Position numbers and translations under genes: made by a program
Notes under the pieces: model-generated
Databases searched by the model: none
What the model saw: the letters and a program-made list of their open reading frames with translations, nothing else
Told to the model about the DNA's origin: nothing
Shown: positions 22,891 to 37,363 of the stretch, piece after piece
Position numbering within the stretch: position 1 is the first letter of the stretch
Layout: each line of letters opens with the position of its first letter
Source of the DNA: Tubiluchus corallicola
Lineage: Eukaryota > Animalia > Priapulida
NCBI GenBank assembly: GCA_030141605.1
Contig: JAQGDQ010000086.1
Location: 616,574 to 680,573 of the forward strand
Length of the DNA stretch: 64,000 nt
Reading direction: 5' to 3'

Positions 22891-24020
22891 TGTAATAACA
22901 CGTTTACGCGGCATTTGAAAAAACTATTAGCCATATCTGAATGTATTGTATTGAACCTGTCATTAATAACTAATTAACCGAATTTGGTAAACGTTATAAA
23001 CTGGTGGCTCCACCTATTGGGAGTTCAACAAAGAAATGTTACAGTTCAACTTTTTGGACCAAATTCTGGCTTCATGATCATACCTATAGTTGGATGATTA
23101 AATGGGTCACGACACGTCATGACTTGAGAGGTGCAGATTATTCCACGAGGTTACGGAAATAGTGGTCAAATGGCCGACTCAGCTAAAAGGCCTAATGATT
23201 TTGTCTTTGTCGGGGCGTTGGCCGACAAGACATTGCTTCGGATACTTTTATAATCAACTTCATGACTCGCAATAACTACGTGAATTGAATTGTTTACACT
23301 ACCAGTTATTATCTTGAGTAGACAGGACGTGAGCCATACGTCTGATATTCGGTAAATGACATTTTCCTGTGATGGGCATGCATCCATGATTGTGTAGTTT
23401 TCAACCAAGACGACATAAAAAGTAGACTTCTAATATATTCTGAAAGCCTGGTACCTGACTCATTAGGAGGAGACGTCGTCAGAAGAATCCTGGTGGTCTG
23501 TCATCGTCCGCTAATCTCATTAAGCCAGTCAAGCGAGTGGGACATTGATGCGGTCGCCGTTGCCGAAGAGGCTGTTAGCAAAGTGATTCCAGGTATGTAA
23601 GTGTGTGAACCCCGGAACTTTTACGGGAGACGCCCCGCTACGTGAAACGCTAGCAAGACTGATATTAAATGAGGGGTACCCCGCTGTTCTAGTGCAAGTT
23701 GTAAATTTTTGTTTATTGTTTTGGATTGATTAATTAATTATGCCAATTAAAATGTTAAACCTATGGCAAACAGTTTGTTTATTTATACTTTGTTGTGTTC
23801 ACTGTTTCCGTTCACACTATCACCATTGGCCCATTCTCTGTACTTTAGGACGGACCGACCCCTACTGCGCTTGTAAATGCCTTAGAATTAAAATAAATAT
23901 TGCTGCTCTTTAATATTTGGAGTTACAGACCCGTTCAACAATCCATCTTGACTTAAGTTGACCGACCCAAGTTCGAGGCCCAGTTGGGCTAGCAAAGAAT
24001 TTCGTGACCCGAATGTTACA
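22891..24020. mobile_element. Solo-LTR-like segment
   Basis: TGTAA...TTACA termini, GC-richer non-coding interior; no matching TSD found. Confidence 0.3.
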
Positions 24021-24964
24021 GTTTTAAATGTCAGTAACATTGTACTTTGTAATTTCTTGTGTATTCATCTGTTTATTTGTATTTTGTTTGTATTTCAGAC
24101 TTACCATCTGAAGTAAATGAGGTAAATAAATGAAATGAGACTATTGTTCACGAAAATCTTGCACGTTCAAGATAGGCTGCAATATATAAATATAAAAATG
24201 AATACATAAATATAAATATTAATATATATAAGCATATTCTAGACTCACTTTCTCAAACTTACGAAAATATTATAAAAGAGCCAGCCTTTAGGACTTAACA
24301 TGAATTCAGAGAGTTTTAGGTTTCTCATATTGTGTTCCCTATTGTGGTTGTGGAAAATGTAAAATTGTGTAAAATGTATATTATTCTTCTGACACATACT
24401 ACAGTGGTTTGTTTTCCCAGTATTTAGGCTTTACTTAGTGTTAGACTAATTGTTTGCTGGCTGTTGTGATCTTTACTTGAATCTGATATATAAGGTACAA
24501 TTTTCATGTTTTCTTTACGTGAGAACCTCTTTGTAAGTTATTTCTACTTGTATTTTGACAATTTGATTTTCACTCCAGTGATCGTGTAATGATATAATTT
24601 ATTTTATGCCTTGGTTAGTAGTGTCATAATTGTACTAATTATTTGTTTTGGCTTGATTTGTAACATTGAAAACGATAGTTGCTGTCGAAACGATCGTCTG
24701 TGCTAATAAACAATATTATGAATATATTGTGGTGGGGACGCAGTTCTGATAGGCAGTATTAGCAAACTTTGTCAATATTACAATATAACAAAAATGGTTG
24801 TAATTGTTTGTATATTGTATGTACTGTACTTACGTGAAACAGTGGAGCTTTGAATATATGAGATATGAGAATTTTTAATATTGCTTGCGATTTTTTGATG
24901 CGTAATTAATCGGTTTTAGTTTATCAATACCTTTTACAGCACAAACTTTTGATATGAATGGGAT

Positions 24965-25140
24965 GTCTACTAAATTTTGTACTGGCTTACGGATACTGTT
25001 ACCATTGCAATAAGTGCATATACTAGTGATTATTGTGGGTAAGGAGACACGCAAAAAGCGGCAACACTTTGCTTGAACAGGTGAGGAATTATGTTACGCT
25101 GATCACGTGACGATGACGTCAGCAGGAATGTGCAGTGTGA
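24965..25140 (+). promoter_or_regulatory. Conserved upstream block of channel 2 with E-box TCACGTGA (25103-25110) and perfect CRE TGACGTCA (25114-25121)
   Basis: Paralogous to 8770-8945, about 600 bp before the ATG. Confidence 0.55.
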
Positions 25141-25706
25141 CAAGCTCAACGGTTTGCAAGTGCAACTAAGCTAGGAAACACTTTCGTTGAATCAGTGACA
25201 TATTTTGTTTTTGGCCACAGATTGAAATAACGTTGGTGACATTAGTACTTAGCAGCGATCAACGCTAAATATAAAAAGATCAACAGTATCAGCAGATCTA
25301 CATTGCCTTATTATGGTTAACATCAGCAGTGAATCGACGCATGTCAGCTTTAAACCAGCATCTGGTGCTTGATGTATTTTAGTTTTGGCAATGTCACCAT
25401 TGTATTTTTCCAATGTTTGGCTTTTTACTGCCATTCCTCAGTAACTCATGTCTCAATTAATATCCTCTGGAATCTAATGCTTGATAACATGAGAAGTGAA
25501 GTAATTGCCCATTTAGTTTTTACTTAATCGACAACTTTCTATTATGAATTGGCAGTGCTAAATTTACATTTACTTTGTCGGTAATATTAGTCAGAACCTG
25601 CAACGCATTTGTCTTGTTTGTCACATTAATTTTCTGTACAAACAACTGACCTGGGTCTTGGAGCTAACTGAATCAGCTTTCCTTACAACTGTTTTGCGTA
25701 GAAAAG

Positions 25707-28700
25707 ATGAGTGTTACTGACATACTAACAGACTTTTCACTTCACACTACCGCCCATGGCATAAACAGGGCCTGGAACTCTCGTCTGACCACTGTTCGTG
25801 TGATTTGGACAATCCTCTTTCTTATTGCATCCTCTTTCCTCGTGGTCCAGTATGTCACCATTCTGATGAAGTACTTCAGCTACCCGACGTCTGTGGCTGT
25901 TTCCATGGAATATGGCGTCTTGCAATTTCCCAGCGTCACGGTCTGCAACAAGAACCCTTTGAGGGTCAGCAAACTTCCAAAGCCATTGAAATATTCCATC
26001 CAAGCCAAGTTTGGTCATCAGCTGGGACACACTCTCGAATCAGCTTTTGATAAGCACTTTGGAAACAACAGTCAACAATTGGAGACACCCAATGTAGAAG
26101 ACATTTTGGCGGAGGTGGAACGCCTACCTGAAGCCTCCGGAGGTCTTTCAGACCTGGTTAAAGATCGAGAACTCCTTTTGGAGGAAGTGAAACAGCTGCT
26201 GTCCAAAGTTAATCACACAGATTTTGAAGATGGAGGAATAGGACACGTTCTCTTTTTCTTTCTGGCAGAGCTTTATGATGGCATTGGTTTTGATGGGAGA
26301 AAGTGGGTAAAGGAATTTGGTCACAGATTAGAAGATTTAGTACAGGAGTGCACGTGGCAGGGAGAACCTTGCACCAATGAGTAAGTGTTGCACCAGCAGC
26401 TGTTTAACTATCTCTTAAACTGGTCTACCTGTAAAAAAGTCGCTACCTAGCTGTACAGTCTGAACATCACGTGTTATGTATTTGTTCAATGTCAAATGCT
26501 ATCAGAAACCGGTTAACTTTTATTCCTTATAATTTTAATTCTAACAATGTAATTGATAGCATAAATGCAATAACAGAAATAATGAAACTATACGATACTT
26601 GAATTAATTTTATTTAAATCAACATTCATTCAAAAATTAGCAGTCTGTTCATATCATTTAATCTTACAGTTATCTGCAAATCAGTCTTATAAATTTAGTT
26701 CTTCATTTTAAGTGAGTGTTATATTTGTCATACTTTTTATATTTTAACTATCTGACATAATTTTGTTGTAATCACTTCGTTCACTGTAAGCCTGTGCTTT
26801 TATCTGTGCGACAATTGGCCAATCAGGCTCTTCGTTACCGATATTGTTTTTAAATTGGACTAACTCTCTACAACTTTGTATGTGACGTATTTTTAATATG
26901 CTCTATCCCGTTAGTCAATAAATTAAATTCAATTCTCGTGAAGCGAAAGGTTTTAAACAACATAAAAAGTACTACTTAAACATGCATTTCCATGTTATGA
27001 AAAACAGTAGTCGCTAATGGTTCTTTCAGATGCAGAGATTTCTCTCGCAACTTGTCTCTGAGAGTGAACTTGCACGTGTGACCAGCTTAGCAACTTCTCT
27101 CGCAACTTGTTGCACAACGTTTTCCCGAGAGTAAAGTCGCACGTGTAAACGGCTTGACAACTTCTCTCGCAACTTATTGCAAACTCAGCGAGAGTTGTTG
27201 AGAGTTAACTTGAGCAATAAGTTGCCAGGTCTATCACGCGTGCGACATTCTCCCAGAAAGAAGTTGCTCAACAAGTTGCGAGAGAAGTCTTTACATCTGA
27301 ACGCACCATAATAGATGCCAAAAAGCGACATTATTGAAATTATCGTGTCAGTTTTTTTAGTGTCAGTCTTTAGCTACATTACTTTGTTTTTTATTTTATA
27401 TTCTTCATTACGACAGGGATTGGTATTATACACATCATCCCTCACACGGAAATTGCTACATCTTCAACTCGGGTCGAACGAAAGAGCCTTTGTACTTGGG
27501 CAGAACTGGCCACTTTCACGGTGAGCGAAATGCAGATGTAGGTTTCGCGGTACAACTGTGTGACGCCGGGTTTTACTTGTTGGTTTTCTGTTCTTTATTT
27601 AAAGCAGATTTTCTTCAACAATTCCCAAACTAGTACTCCTAGCCGAGCGGAGAGGTAGTAGTACACAGATGTTAGTAGTTTAGAAACTGAATCAGTTTCT
27701 CATAGGTACCTCTACGGGGCGTACCTTGAGATAAAAGATATGGGTTCGAATCACGAGTGGGATCTTAAGTGTCGGCCTTGAGTTGCTGTTATTGTGTTTA
27801 GCTAAAAAGTGTGAACTATTCATAATATTTTTACTATTCAAATACTTCTTAAACGTTCATAAAAAACGCACTCCAAGATACATATTTTGTGTATAAAGAT
27901 CGATCAAAATTTAATTAACAAATTTGTGATGATATGATCAAAAAGGTAATTTTCAAAAGCAATCAGATAAATACGAGGCAAAACCCAACTAAAGATAAAC
28001 AAATTAGATTCTAATACACTAGGTACTCACTAATTACCCTTTCCCTGTGAGGTGCACCGAAAAACCTGTCCACGCTAAGATGGTTCACTGTCCATTAACG
28101 TCTTGGCATGCCACATAATCATTGGTGACGTCACTGGAAACGAAGTCTGCACTGTCAAGTAGATGAGGTAGGTGAGGTGACATCAAGAATGGTTTAACTT
28201 TCTCAGAAGCTGGTATCAGGTAAATTTATGCGGTGATATTCAGTCCAACCTTCCACATGATCAGTAGTAGCCCCATAACGGCTTAAGCAAATTGTCCCAA
28301 GTATCCATTTGGCTGTAAACTGCGACAGTGCACAAAATGTATCACAACATATCTGGACTGCTCGAAAACGTTACTGTCCTTTAACTGTAATCACAGTTAT
28401 AAAATGCTAAATGCCAAACTGCAACAAATTACATAGTCCGCAGGTAACACGTACAGAGCAAACGTCTTTACTTCATAGCTATAAACGTGCCGACTGAAGC
28501 CGTCGAAATAAAACTAGGACGACAACCTGGTTTCCAAGTTATGCACTTGTTGAAGGACAGGTGTGTGGCTTTCCCATCCCGCAGTACTTACAGTACCTAT
28601 TCATAATACTAGATAAACATTCGTCTATAGTATACTGTTCATAACAAACTGTAAGCGAGTTATAGCTCATTTTAGATTAAAAACTGTATCAAACAGGCGT

Positions 28701-31700
28701 CAAAAGTACTCCATGCATGATTCCTGTAACCATACACAACCGAAGGTCTTTCAGAAGAGAATATAATCCTAGGAATCTGCGAGGATCATAATCTATTTAC
28801 CTTGTTACCATTGATATCAATGAAATAAACATTAAAAGAGGCACGTGTTCATGATAGATCTACTCTGTGACTTAACTTTAACTAACAAACGAAATCATGT
28901 CCCAAAACCCCAGGAAAAGATCTTAAAGAAACATTCAAAATATATCTAATCATATATTCAACAGATAAGAAACTTTCGAGTTTTAAATTCCTAGAAGTTT
29001 CTTTTGCGATTACAAACATGCAGTGTACACAAACTTTTTGTAAAATTGGAAAAAGCTGTATTCATTTTTGGTCGACGTTTCACCCAAAGTGCTACTCACC
29101 CGGTTGTTGTTGTTGTTGTTATTAGTGGATGATGTTCTTGAAAAAATTGAATTGCAGTGGATTGTCGTAAAACTTGAAATGAATATACTAGAACGCATTC
29201 TGCATCAACTGACGGAGTCGAATTTTCAAACCGCCATTTTGAATTCTAGATGGCGGCCATAACATTTATTCAACTCACTAAGAATTTTCCGTAATTCTTA
29301 TTTAATTTCTCGTGTTTATAATAGCAGTAATAAAACAGAGGAAAACCTCTGACAAAACCCTTAACAATGTGTGACTTTGACCAACTCTCTGTCACTCTGC
29401 ATACACCTAATATCCCTGTTTTCTGCTTTCTACAGGTCTGTCACTAACACTGTTTATTGAACAACTTGAGTACGTGGGACATTTCACTCACTCAGCGGGC
29501 GCACGTATCTCGCTTCACCCCCAACAGACACATGGTTTCCCGGAGAAGTTTGGATTCGATGTGGCGCCAGGTTTTGAGACGTCAGTTGCCGTAAGAGTTG
29601 TAAGTTTAATACAAATAAATAAATAAATAAATAAATAACTCTGTGTTTTTATTTTTCTATGGACTGTAAATGTATGAAATAAAATAAAATATAAATAAAT
29701 AAATATATTTTTTATTATACATATACCTGACTCATATTTATATATATATATGAGTATATATATGTATGTATATACAAACAATATATACATTATATATACC
29801 TGACTTATATATATATATTCAGCTGACTCCGAAAAAAGAAATAAAAACATTGCCTTAATATAAAAATATATTCATATAAAATAAAGGAATGAAAACATTG
29901 CATTATATATAGATTTTAATCCATACAAAAGTACTTCACCTGTGATGTGAAACGAGAAACTCAGTTGCAGCCGCAACTAGAGCATGAACAATCTGAACCT
30001 AATTACATATTCACACGCAACGTTAATGGGTTAAAGATATTTAATACGTTATAGATGAGCTATTAACTGCATGTTTTATGCTATTAATAAATAATGATAT
30101 TGGAAACCGTTATGAAATAAATAAAAACTAAAACCTTGCGTATATCAATATGCCGTTCTAAAGGAAAGCCCAAGCCTTCTGGGATGTTTGGCTTATTTCA
30201 ATGTTCACGAAAAATGTTGGCAAGATTTAATAATAAAATTGCAGTAAACGCCTCATGTGATTAATAAAATAACTTTAAACTCCGGGTCATTTCACGCTTG
30301 GGCGCTCCCAATTTGAACGTCCAATCTTCTACCAATGACGTCATTCATTGGCTGAAGAAAAGCAGCGCACTGTCAATTTCTGCAAAAAGTATAAGTATTT
30401 ACAAAAAAATAGATAGCTAATTATGTGATATTTTTTTGCGTAAACATTAGGTAAGCTTTGAAAGTTTGAATTAATTCTAACCACAATGTGCTTACGAAAA
30501 GTCCACCAGTTACCTCATAATTTTTAAGTGAATAATGGCTGCCACCGCGCTGAAAAGTTCTGTATAGCATTAGCATAAATTAGATTTATGCTTTCTAGAC
30601 AGTTTTTTGCAGAATTCTTTGTTATATTTTCCTAAGTTTAAGTGACGACAGTGAAATAAACCTAACATGCTAAGTGACTTGTCCTTTCCTTTAACTAAGG
30701 AAGACGCGATCATGGTGGATAAAATCCTGCATACAACGTAGCCATTATGACTGTATTTGATAGGAAAGATTTCGTTGTCACTCCATTGATTTAACGATTC
30801 TTTGTTCATTCAGAGACAAATAGGCCGCCTGCCAACTCCACATGGCACGTGTGTGAATAACGGAACAGACGTTTCGTACTTTTCGTATTTTCAGGGAGAT
30901 CGTTACAACTTAGAGGTGAGTAAAGGTATAACGTCAGAACTTACATATGACAGTTTTGATAAGTTTGATATAATTTGTGTGCTCATCAGTTGTTTTGGTT
31001 TGCGGGTGCTAATTAACTGGGTTCTTATGAACTTATGTTGTGCTTATGTAGAGTACTAATAATTGATTTGGTGTACTATACTATAACCAGTACAATAATA
31101 CTATTACTAATAATAATATCATTTGTACGTTTTAGCTTAACCTATATTAAAGAGCTCTGATATTGATGATGAGCTTTTTTGGGCCTTAGCCAGGCCTTTG
31201 ACAAAATCCCACATCCAATGCTTTTAAAGAAGCTTTAGTTTGTTGGATTTGATCAATTTTCAATTGATGTCATAAATGCTTATTTGAGCATTGACTTCAA
31301 AGAATAAAATTATCTCAAGAAATATATTCAGAGGGTGGAACTATTAAAAGTGGTGACCCCAAGGCAAAATATTGGGCCCCTTATGGTTTATATATATATG
31401 TTATTAATATACCAGCACTAGTAAAAAAATGATAAAATCATTTCATATGCTGATACACATCCACCTATACGCGTAGTCCAGATCCATACACTTCTGTAAA
31501 TAAACTAAAGAGCAATGTGGAAAAGCTTAAACTATATTAATTTTGATCAACAGCCAGAAAAAACAACATTTATGATGCTTACGCCAAAAGACAGACTAGA
31601 GCAAAGCAATACTATTTATGTTGATGCGACAACATTTAATTTAAATAACAAGCTAATTCAACAATCTAAAACAACCAGATTTTTGGGGAGTTGAAATTGA

Positions 31701-34700
31701 TAACAAACTAAATTAAGAGAATACAAACTAACATAACTAAACTAAATGCAATATTTCTTTCTTAAAACAAGTAAAATGACAATTAAACCTAACTACAAAA
31801 GTGCAGCCGCTATGTAGTACTTTCCAAATTGCTTTGAGATCATACTCCTAGTTAATAGAAAGAGAACTTAAAAGACAATCTGATGTGCCATTCTTTGCTT
31901 CAGCATCTCCCACAGTGCTAAGCAACTAGTATAACTTGTTTCAGGATTTTCTTCAATTGCAAGGCTGCAACAAATGGCGTACTGACCATACTGTTTCCTG
32001 ATTTTCTACTAGGAATATCGTTTAAGTTGATTAAACTAAAACTGCATATTACCTGCGGCATCGCATTTTCGGTAAAGATCGCATTTAGAACTAGAGCTCT
32101 AGATTAAGTGCATTATTTGTTTATAGGGTTGTGTGTATGGTTGCATCATAGAGAAAATGATTCTTGCTTGTGGATGTATACACCCAGAAGTCGCTTATAT
32201 TGACTTCCTTTATGAGGGAATAAAAATCTGCACTAATCACAGTAAGAATTGCAAAGAACCTTTTCTTATTATATTTCATATTTATTAATGCCATGGAATA
32301 GATACATATACAGTAAATTACAAAATAATTATAATTTCTGAAATGAAATACAAGGAAATTTTTATATATGTAGTATATATATATGAAACGCCATAAGTAG
32401 CAAATTCTAAAAAAAAGAAACAGTTATCTACAACAAGCATATATGTAAGTGGCCTAGACATGCAATTTACTTGGAACAATTCTGGTACACCAATGTGATC
32501 GCGGGGATTATTTTAATTTGCATGGTATCGGTCCGCGTTGTTGCACCGTAGCATATATTGCTACAGGCGGGTAAAGATAACATATAACCAAGGTCAAATA
32601 GAATTTTTCTCTTCAGGCTCTGTCAGAACATGGTTTCTGGTACTCTCAACAAAAATCGGCCAAAATCGGTTTGGTACTTTTGAGATATCCTCGTGAGAAC
32701 TTTCCTATCAACTGATTCTTGGCCCTAATAGGCGCCATCTTTCTATTTATGCGCATATCTCAAAAGCTAATGCTACGTTATTGAAAATCTACAGCTAATG
32801 CTACGTTATTAAAGTTAAAGTCATTGCTACGTTATGAGAGTGTTACATAAAAGTGAACATAAGCGAAAAGAGCTACGATTATAAGACGAAATACAATGTA
32901 ACAACTACATACATAGTTCTTGCCCTGGATTATCTTCGATAATGAGGAGGTGGAGTGACATGACGCAGTGTTCTGTCACTCCAAGCTAGCTAAGAAAATT
33001 TTGGCAAGATTATAACTATATATACCTTCTGAGAAGGAGGCTTATATACAAGTGATTACACGGCTAACTAGGCAGGAATCCAAAACTAGTTTAGGCAAAT
33101 TACATACTTTAACCTTTGCATAGAATTAAGTGTATAGTATGAAACAGATTTGCAAGGGCAGATCCATGCAAACATGAATAAACAGTTTTATTCGAGAATC
33201 GCCATACTGGTGTGGTTCTCGACAAGTACCTGAAACCATGTTCTAACACAATCTAAAGAGAACAATTCTATTGCACTTTGTTCTTGGTTGCCCTTTTACT
33301 AGGAGCTATTTTACCCACCTATTAGTTAACACGTAAACTGGCACACTGCCAAGCGCATGTAAGACGACTGAAAATGAACAGCACACATTTTTCCAGAAAT
33401 ACACTTATATAGCTTGTCAGTTAGCAAGGTAATCATTACAATTATGATTTGCATAATAATTATTATAATTATTTTAAAATTTTGTATGTAGGCTCGAAAC
33501 AATGCGCACTTAAAATTTACGATCACGTGGGATCTCCTCAAACTTGTCAGTGCCCTCTGCCGTGCAAGTGAGTTAGCTTTCTTGTTTATTCAGTTATTGT
33601 TGGTTTATTGCAGCAGAAAGCCAGCAATAAATAATTACTCAAAACTTGGAAGAATACGTTTGAAATAAGTGAAATGAAATAGAACTGATACTTAATTTGC
33701 ATTTTAAAATTTTAGCCTAATTATTTTGCTTATTTATTTTACAGCGATACTCAGTACGTGACAGACAAAAGCTTTGCTGGATGGCCTTCACATGAGTATG
33801 AGGTAAAGTTACATAATATTTTTCTGATTTTGCTGTAAAGGTGACAGATGGCGACACTTACCAATTTGTGAGTTAGCAGCAGAATAACGAATTTTTCTGT
33901 AAAGTATCGATTAAGCTAGCTATTTATTAACTAATCATTTATGACAAATCATAAAAGTATAAATTTAGGATGACGTCATTGTTTATGTACCTCTACTTTT
34001 CCTTATTAAGGATTGTTATCTCTTTTTGCAGAAAATATTCTTTCAAGAATTCACTCACAAGTACAACATTAGTGAGAAATTGATCAGTATAGCTACCAGT
34101 GCAAAAAAACTTTCGGACATAATCAGGTACTTAAAAGACAAGAAAAGGGGTACCTGAAGCATGTACCTTAAACTATATTACTTTACTTCAATTTTATGCA
34201 TGCATCGTACTCGCGATAAAAGTAATTTTTGATGTTCCGACGGCGCCATTACATGACGCCATTTGCGCAATATTAAATTATGTTCCAAGAAACTTTCCTT
34301 GCAAATCTATATTACTTAGCATTTCGCTTACTTGCTGGAAAAACTTATGTAACTAGAAATAATAATTTAAAATGTTCGTGCCAATTGCAATTTGTAATTA
34401 TAATTTATTATCCACTTTAGCATAATCACATTATCACATTGTAACTGTTATACATCAAATCAATTGTAATTACAATAATTGTAAAAGAACTATATTAATA
34501 TAGTTACTAACTAGATAATAATTTATCAACAGGAAATAGATGTTGCATGGTGGTCAAGAAGCAAGCTTGTAAGACCACCATGAAAAAAGTGGAGAGAAAA
34601 AATGCTTAATTAACAAGAAAAAGAGTTATAGAAAAACAGAGAATAGTTAAGATAAAATAATAGACAAAAATAGAGAAAAAGAGAAGAGAAATGAAATAGA

Positions 34701-37363
34701 AAGGAGTTCAGCAGAGACGTGATGGAAAAGTATGAAAATGTTAACTGTAAAGTAACCAGTCGCGGGATGTATTGTAACTATGGCACTTCACAGCAAAACC
34801 CAAAAATGCATAATAAGTAAGATTTGAGCAGAAGAGATTTCATATTATCTTTTAAAGTCAAATAATTTTCGATGTGTTGTGACATAAATTGATATTTTAT
34901 TCCATAGATTTGGAGCGGTAAATTTTAGAAAGTGTCTGGCAGCATTGGTCCTGCAGAATGGAATATAATATTCATTTAATATAGTGAAATGATATTGGTG
35001 ATTACATACGACAGGATTTATGAAACGCGGTGGTAATTAAATGTGGTTGGTTTAGGACAGATAGATAGCAAGGTGGTAAGAAACTAAGCCATCTAAATTT
35101 AAAATTCCACAGTTATAAAAAAGTATAGGTTCAATTGGGGCTTGTTTAGTTAAATTATAAATGATTCTCAAAAACTTACGCTGGTGTCTGGCTAAGTAAT
35201 TTAAATTTGTTGGATATGTTTTCCCACATAGAATACAACAGTAAGTTAAATAGGGTAATATTAGACAGTTATTATAGTGTCATTATGTGAAATTTGTGTA
35301 ATTAATTTATTTTTAATAATTGAGATGATGCCAACATGTTTTGCAATTTTTAAACTTATATAATTATAATTAATATGGGTCCTCCAATATGAAGCATAAT
35401 GCCTAAAAACTTTATAGTTCTAACTCTTACAGTAAATTACTCGCAATGTAGCTCACAATTATCAGGCAATTATCATCAAGTCCAATTGGTAGAATGTCGC
35501 TGGCTCACCCTACAGGGTGCGCCAATAAAAACATACCAAAAACGTATTTTTACTCTTGTTGACAAGATACAGTGATTTAAAGTTTTACTTAGAGTGCGCA
35601 ACGAATGCTCTGATTGTTTTTTCAAACCTAACGCAAAGTTATCTAAACTTGCTTCATACGACCTACCATTTAAATAGCCGCGCCTAACAATTATAATTAT
35701 AATTATAACTTATAATTATCGAGGTAGCTTAAGCTTACAAGTTTTATACAGTGTTACTGCTAACGCAAGCGCTGTATGCAATAAGACAGCATGTAAATGA
35801 CGTGAAATTAAAGGACGAATTTTTGCTGTCAATACGGTCAGTAGTGTGGCTTTTGGTGAAACAGTGGTGCACACTGGGATGGCGATGCAGTGCCGTTTTA
35901 CCTGGTGGCGGGAATCTTTAAATTAGATGTAATCTTTCTTCCAGTTACATAAGTCTTTCAAACAGGTAATCACAAAAAGTAATATAATTTCGTATGGAAC
36001 GTTCTTTGGGATACAACGTAGAAATAAAAAAAGCCTTTATTTGCCATTTGTAAAATATCTAGAGTAAAAAATTCATTTATGAAATATTTGACATGATGTT
36101 TTAAGCCTGAAGTTTAACATCTAACTTGAATTTAATCATTCTGATCTTTATATATTAACAAGAAAACAATTAACAATTATAATTTTACGGTGGCTTGTTA
36201 AGGACGTAGTATCAATAAAAACTAAATTTATTAATTCGAAATTCCGACTTAGGAACTCGAAATTTTACTAAATCGAAATTTCGAGTCAATATATTTATTT
36301 TTCTATTTTTACTGTCCCTAACAAGCCACCGTATAATTCAAAATGCTTAGAAATATATAGTATAAATCACTTTAGCGTACATGTTGACAGGCGATTTTGC
36401 ATCATGTTTACTTGTAATTATAAACGAGCATTCGAAATTCTCTTAGTTATTGTAAAAATTGTTTTTGTTCCAGGGGGAATTTTGCAAAAGTGAATATCTA
36501 TTTCCAGCAGCTCAACTACGAGACAATAACAGAAACTGCAGCTTATACTGTAAGTTAACTTCATCTCGATGATCAGCGCCATCACTGCTACAGACGTGGT
36601 CTGTAAATTCTTAATCAACCCTGTCTCCATAGTTGTAAATTTGTTCCTGTCATCATCAGCATCATCATCGTCGTTGATCATTTCCATCGTCATGATCATC
36701 ATTGTTATCACCGTTACAAATGTCATCAAATTTCTTATTTTATCGTTGTCACCAACTTTGCTACTATCATTATTGTTGTTCATCATTGTCATCATCGTAG
36801 TTGCTACTGCCAATATCATTGCTTTCATCATAAACATCATCATCGTCGTCGTCATCGTTATCATCATCATCGTCGTCGTCGTCGTCTCATCATCGTCATC
36901 GTCATCGTCATTATCGTCATCATCAACAATGACAAAAACTACATTGTCATCATTATTATCATCATATTCGTCACTGTCTCATAGTTTGTTATTTTTGTGT
37001 CATCATCTTTGTTATCTCCCTTGTTATCCTCGCATACATAAGTAACCAACGTGGTTATACTGCTCTACTTTCTTAAAATTGACATGATCATTGTTCGTAA
37101 TTACGGTACGTTTTCAGCAAATTAGACGCTTGCTTTAATTCTAGGTGTCTCAAACGTTCACAGATATTGGTGGCAACAATGGCCTGTTTCTAGGCATGTC
37201 TCTCATCACTGGTGCGGAGGTCCTCGAGCTAATAATTCTCATCATTTCTCACTTTTGTTGTAAAAACAAGGTGACATCAAGCATTGCTGTGACACCAGTT
37301 GAACAGGTCAACGCAGCACAAAATTCACTGTTTCCTCAGAGAGAAGAAAAATCATCGTATTAA
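25707..37363 (+). CDS. DEG/ENaC family sodium channel subunit, paralogue 2 (560 aa), tandem duplicate
   Basis: Ten GT-AG exons: 25707-26380, 27417-27520, 29436-29599, 30814-30915, 32127-32241, 33492-33567, 33745-33802, 34032-34126, 36474-36549, 37145-37363; total 1683 nt, open frame. Exons 2-10 have the same lengths as in paralogue 1 (104,164,102,115,76,58,95,76,219). TM2 TDIGGNNGLFLGMSLIT. Confidence 0.95.
27018..27308. mobile_element. PIF/Harbinger (Tourist-like) MITE in channel 2 intron 1
   Basis: TAA TSD on both sides; about 38-bp TIR (TGGT..TTCAGATG..AGA.TTCTCTCGCAACTTGT); internal repeats of ttctctcgcaactt. Confidence 0.8.
30162..30690 (+). mobile_element. Kolobok/T2-like element, family C
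   Basis: AGGAAAG...CTTTCCT-TTAA; homologous to 53569-54116. Confidence 0.7.
31150..32000 (+). mobile_element. Highly decayed LINE reverse transcriptase fragment (CR1/Jockey group)
   Basis: Remnants resembling DLSKAFD..H..LL.KL (31180-31240) and FLGVEIDNKL (about 31680-31710). Confidence 0.5.
34135..35830 (+). mobile_element. Family B element interrupted by about 1.1 kb of nested insertion
   Basis: Starts at TTAA 34131-34134; matches the 2149 copy until about 34387 and resumes at about 35482. Confidence 0.65.
34750..35430 (-). mobile_element. Decayed CR1/L2-group LINE RT fragment nested in family B element
   Basis: Minus-strand remnants IKFLGI, WRTHI, KIAKHVGII, PYLTYCCILCG, QRKFLRII. Confidence 0.6.
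35860..36015 (-). mobile_element. Family B fragment, inverted
   Basis: Reverse complement of family B core (tggtgcacactggga...aaacaggtaa...ttttggga). Confidence 0.6.
36188..36331. mobile_element. Tc1/mariner-like (TA-flanked) MITE
   Basis: TA-CGGTGGCTTGTTAAGGAC ... GTCCCTAACAAGCCACCG-TA. Confidence 0.75.
36640..36970. repeat. Degenerate (CAT/CGT)n, channel 2 intron 9
   Basis: Direct reading. Confidence 0.85.
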
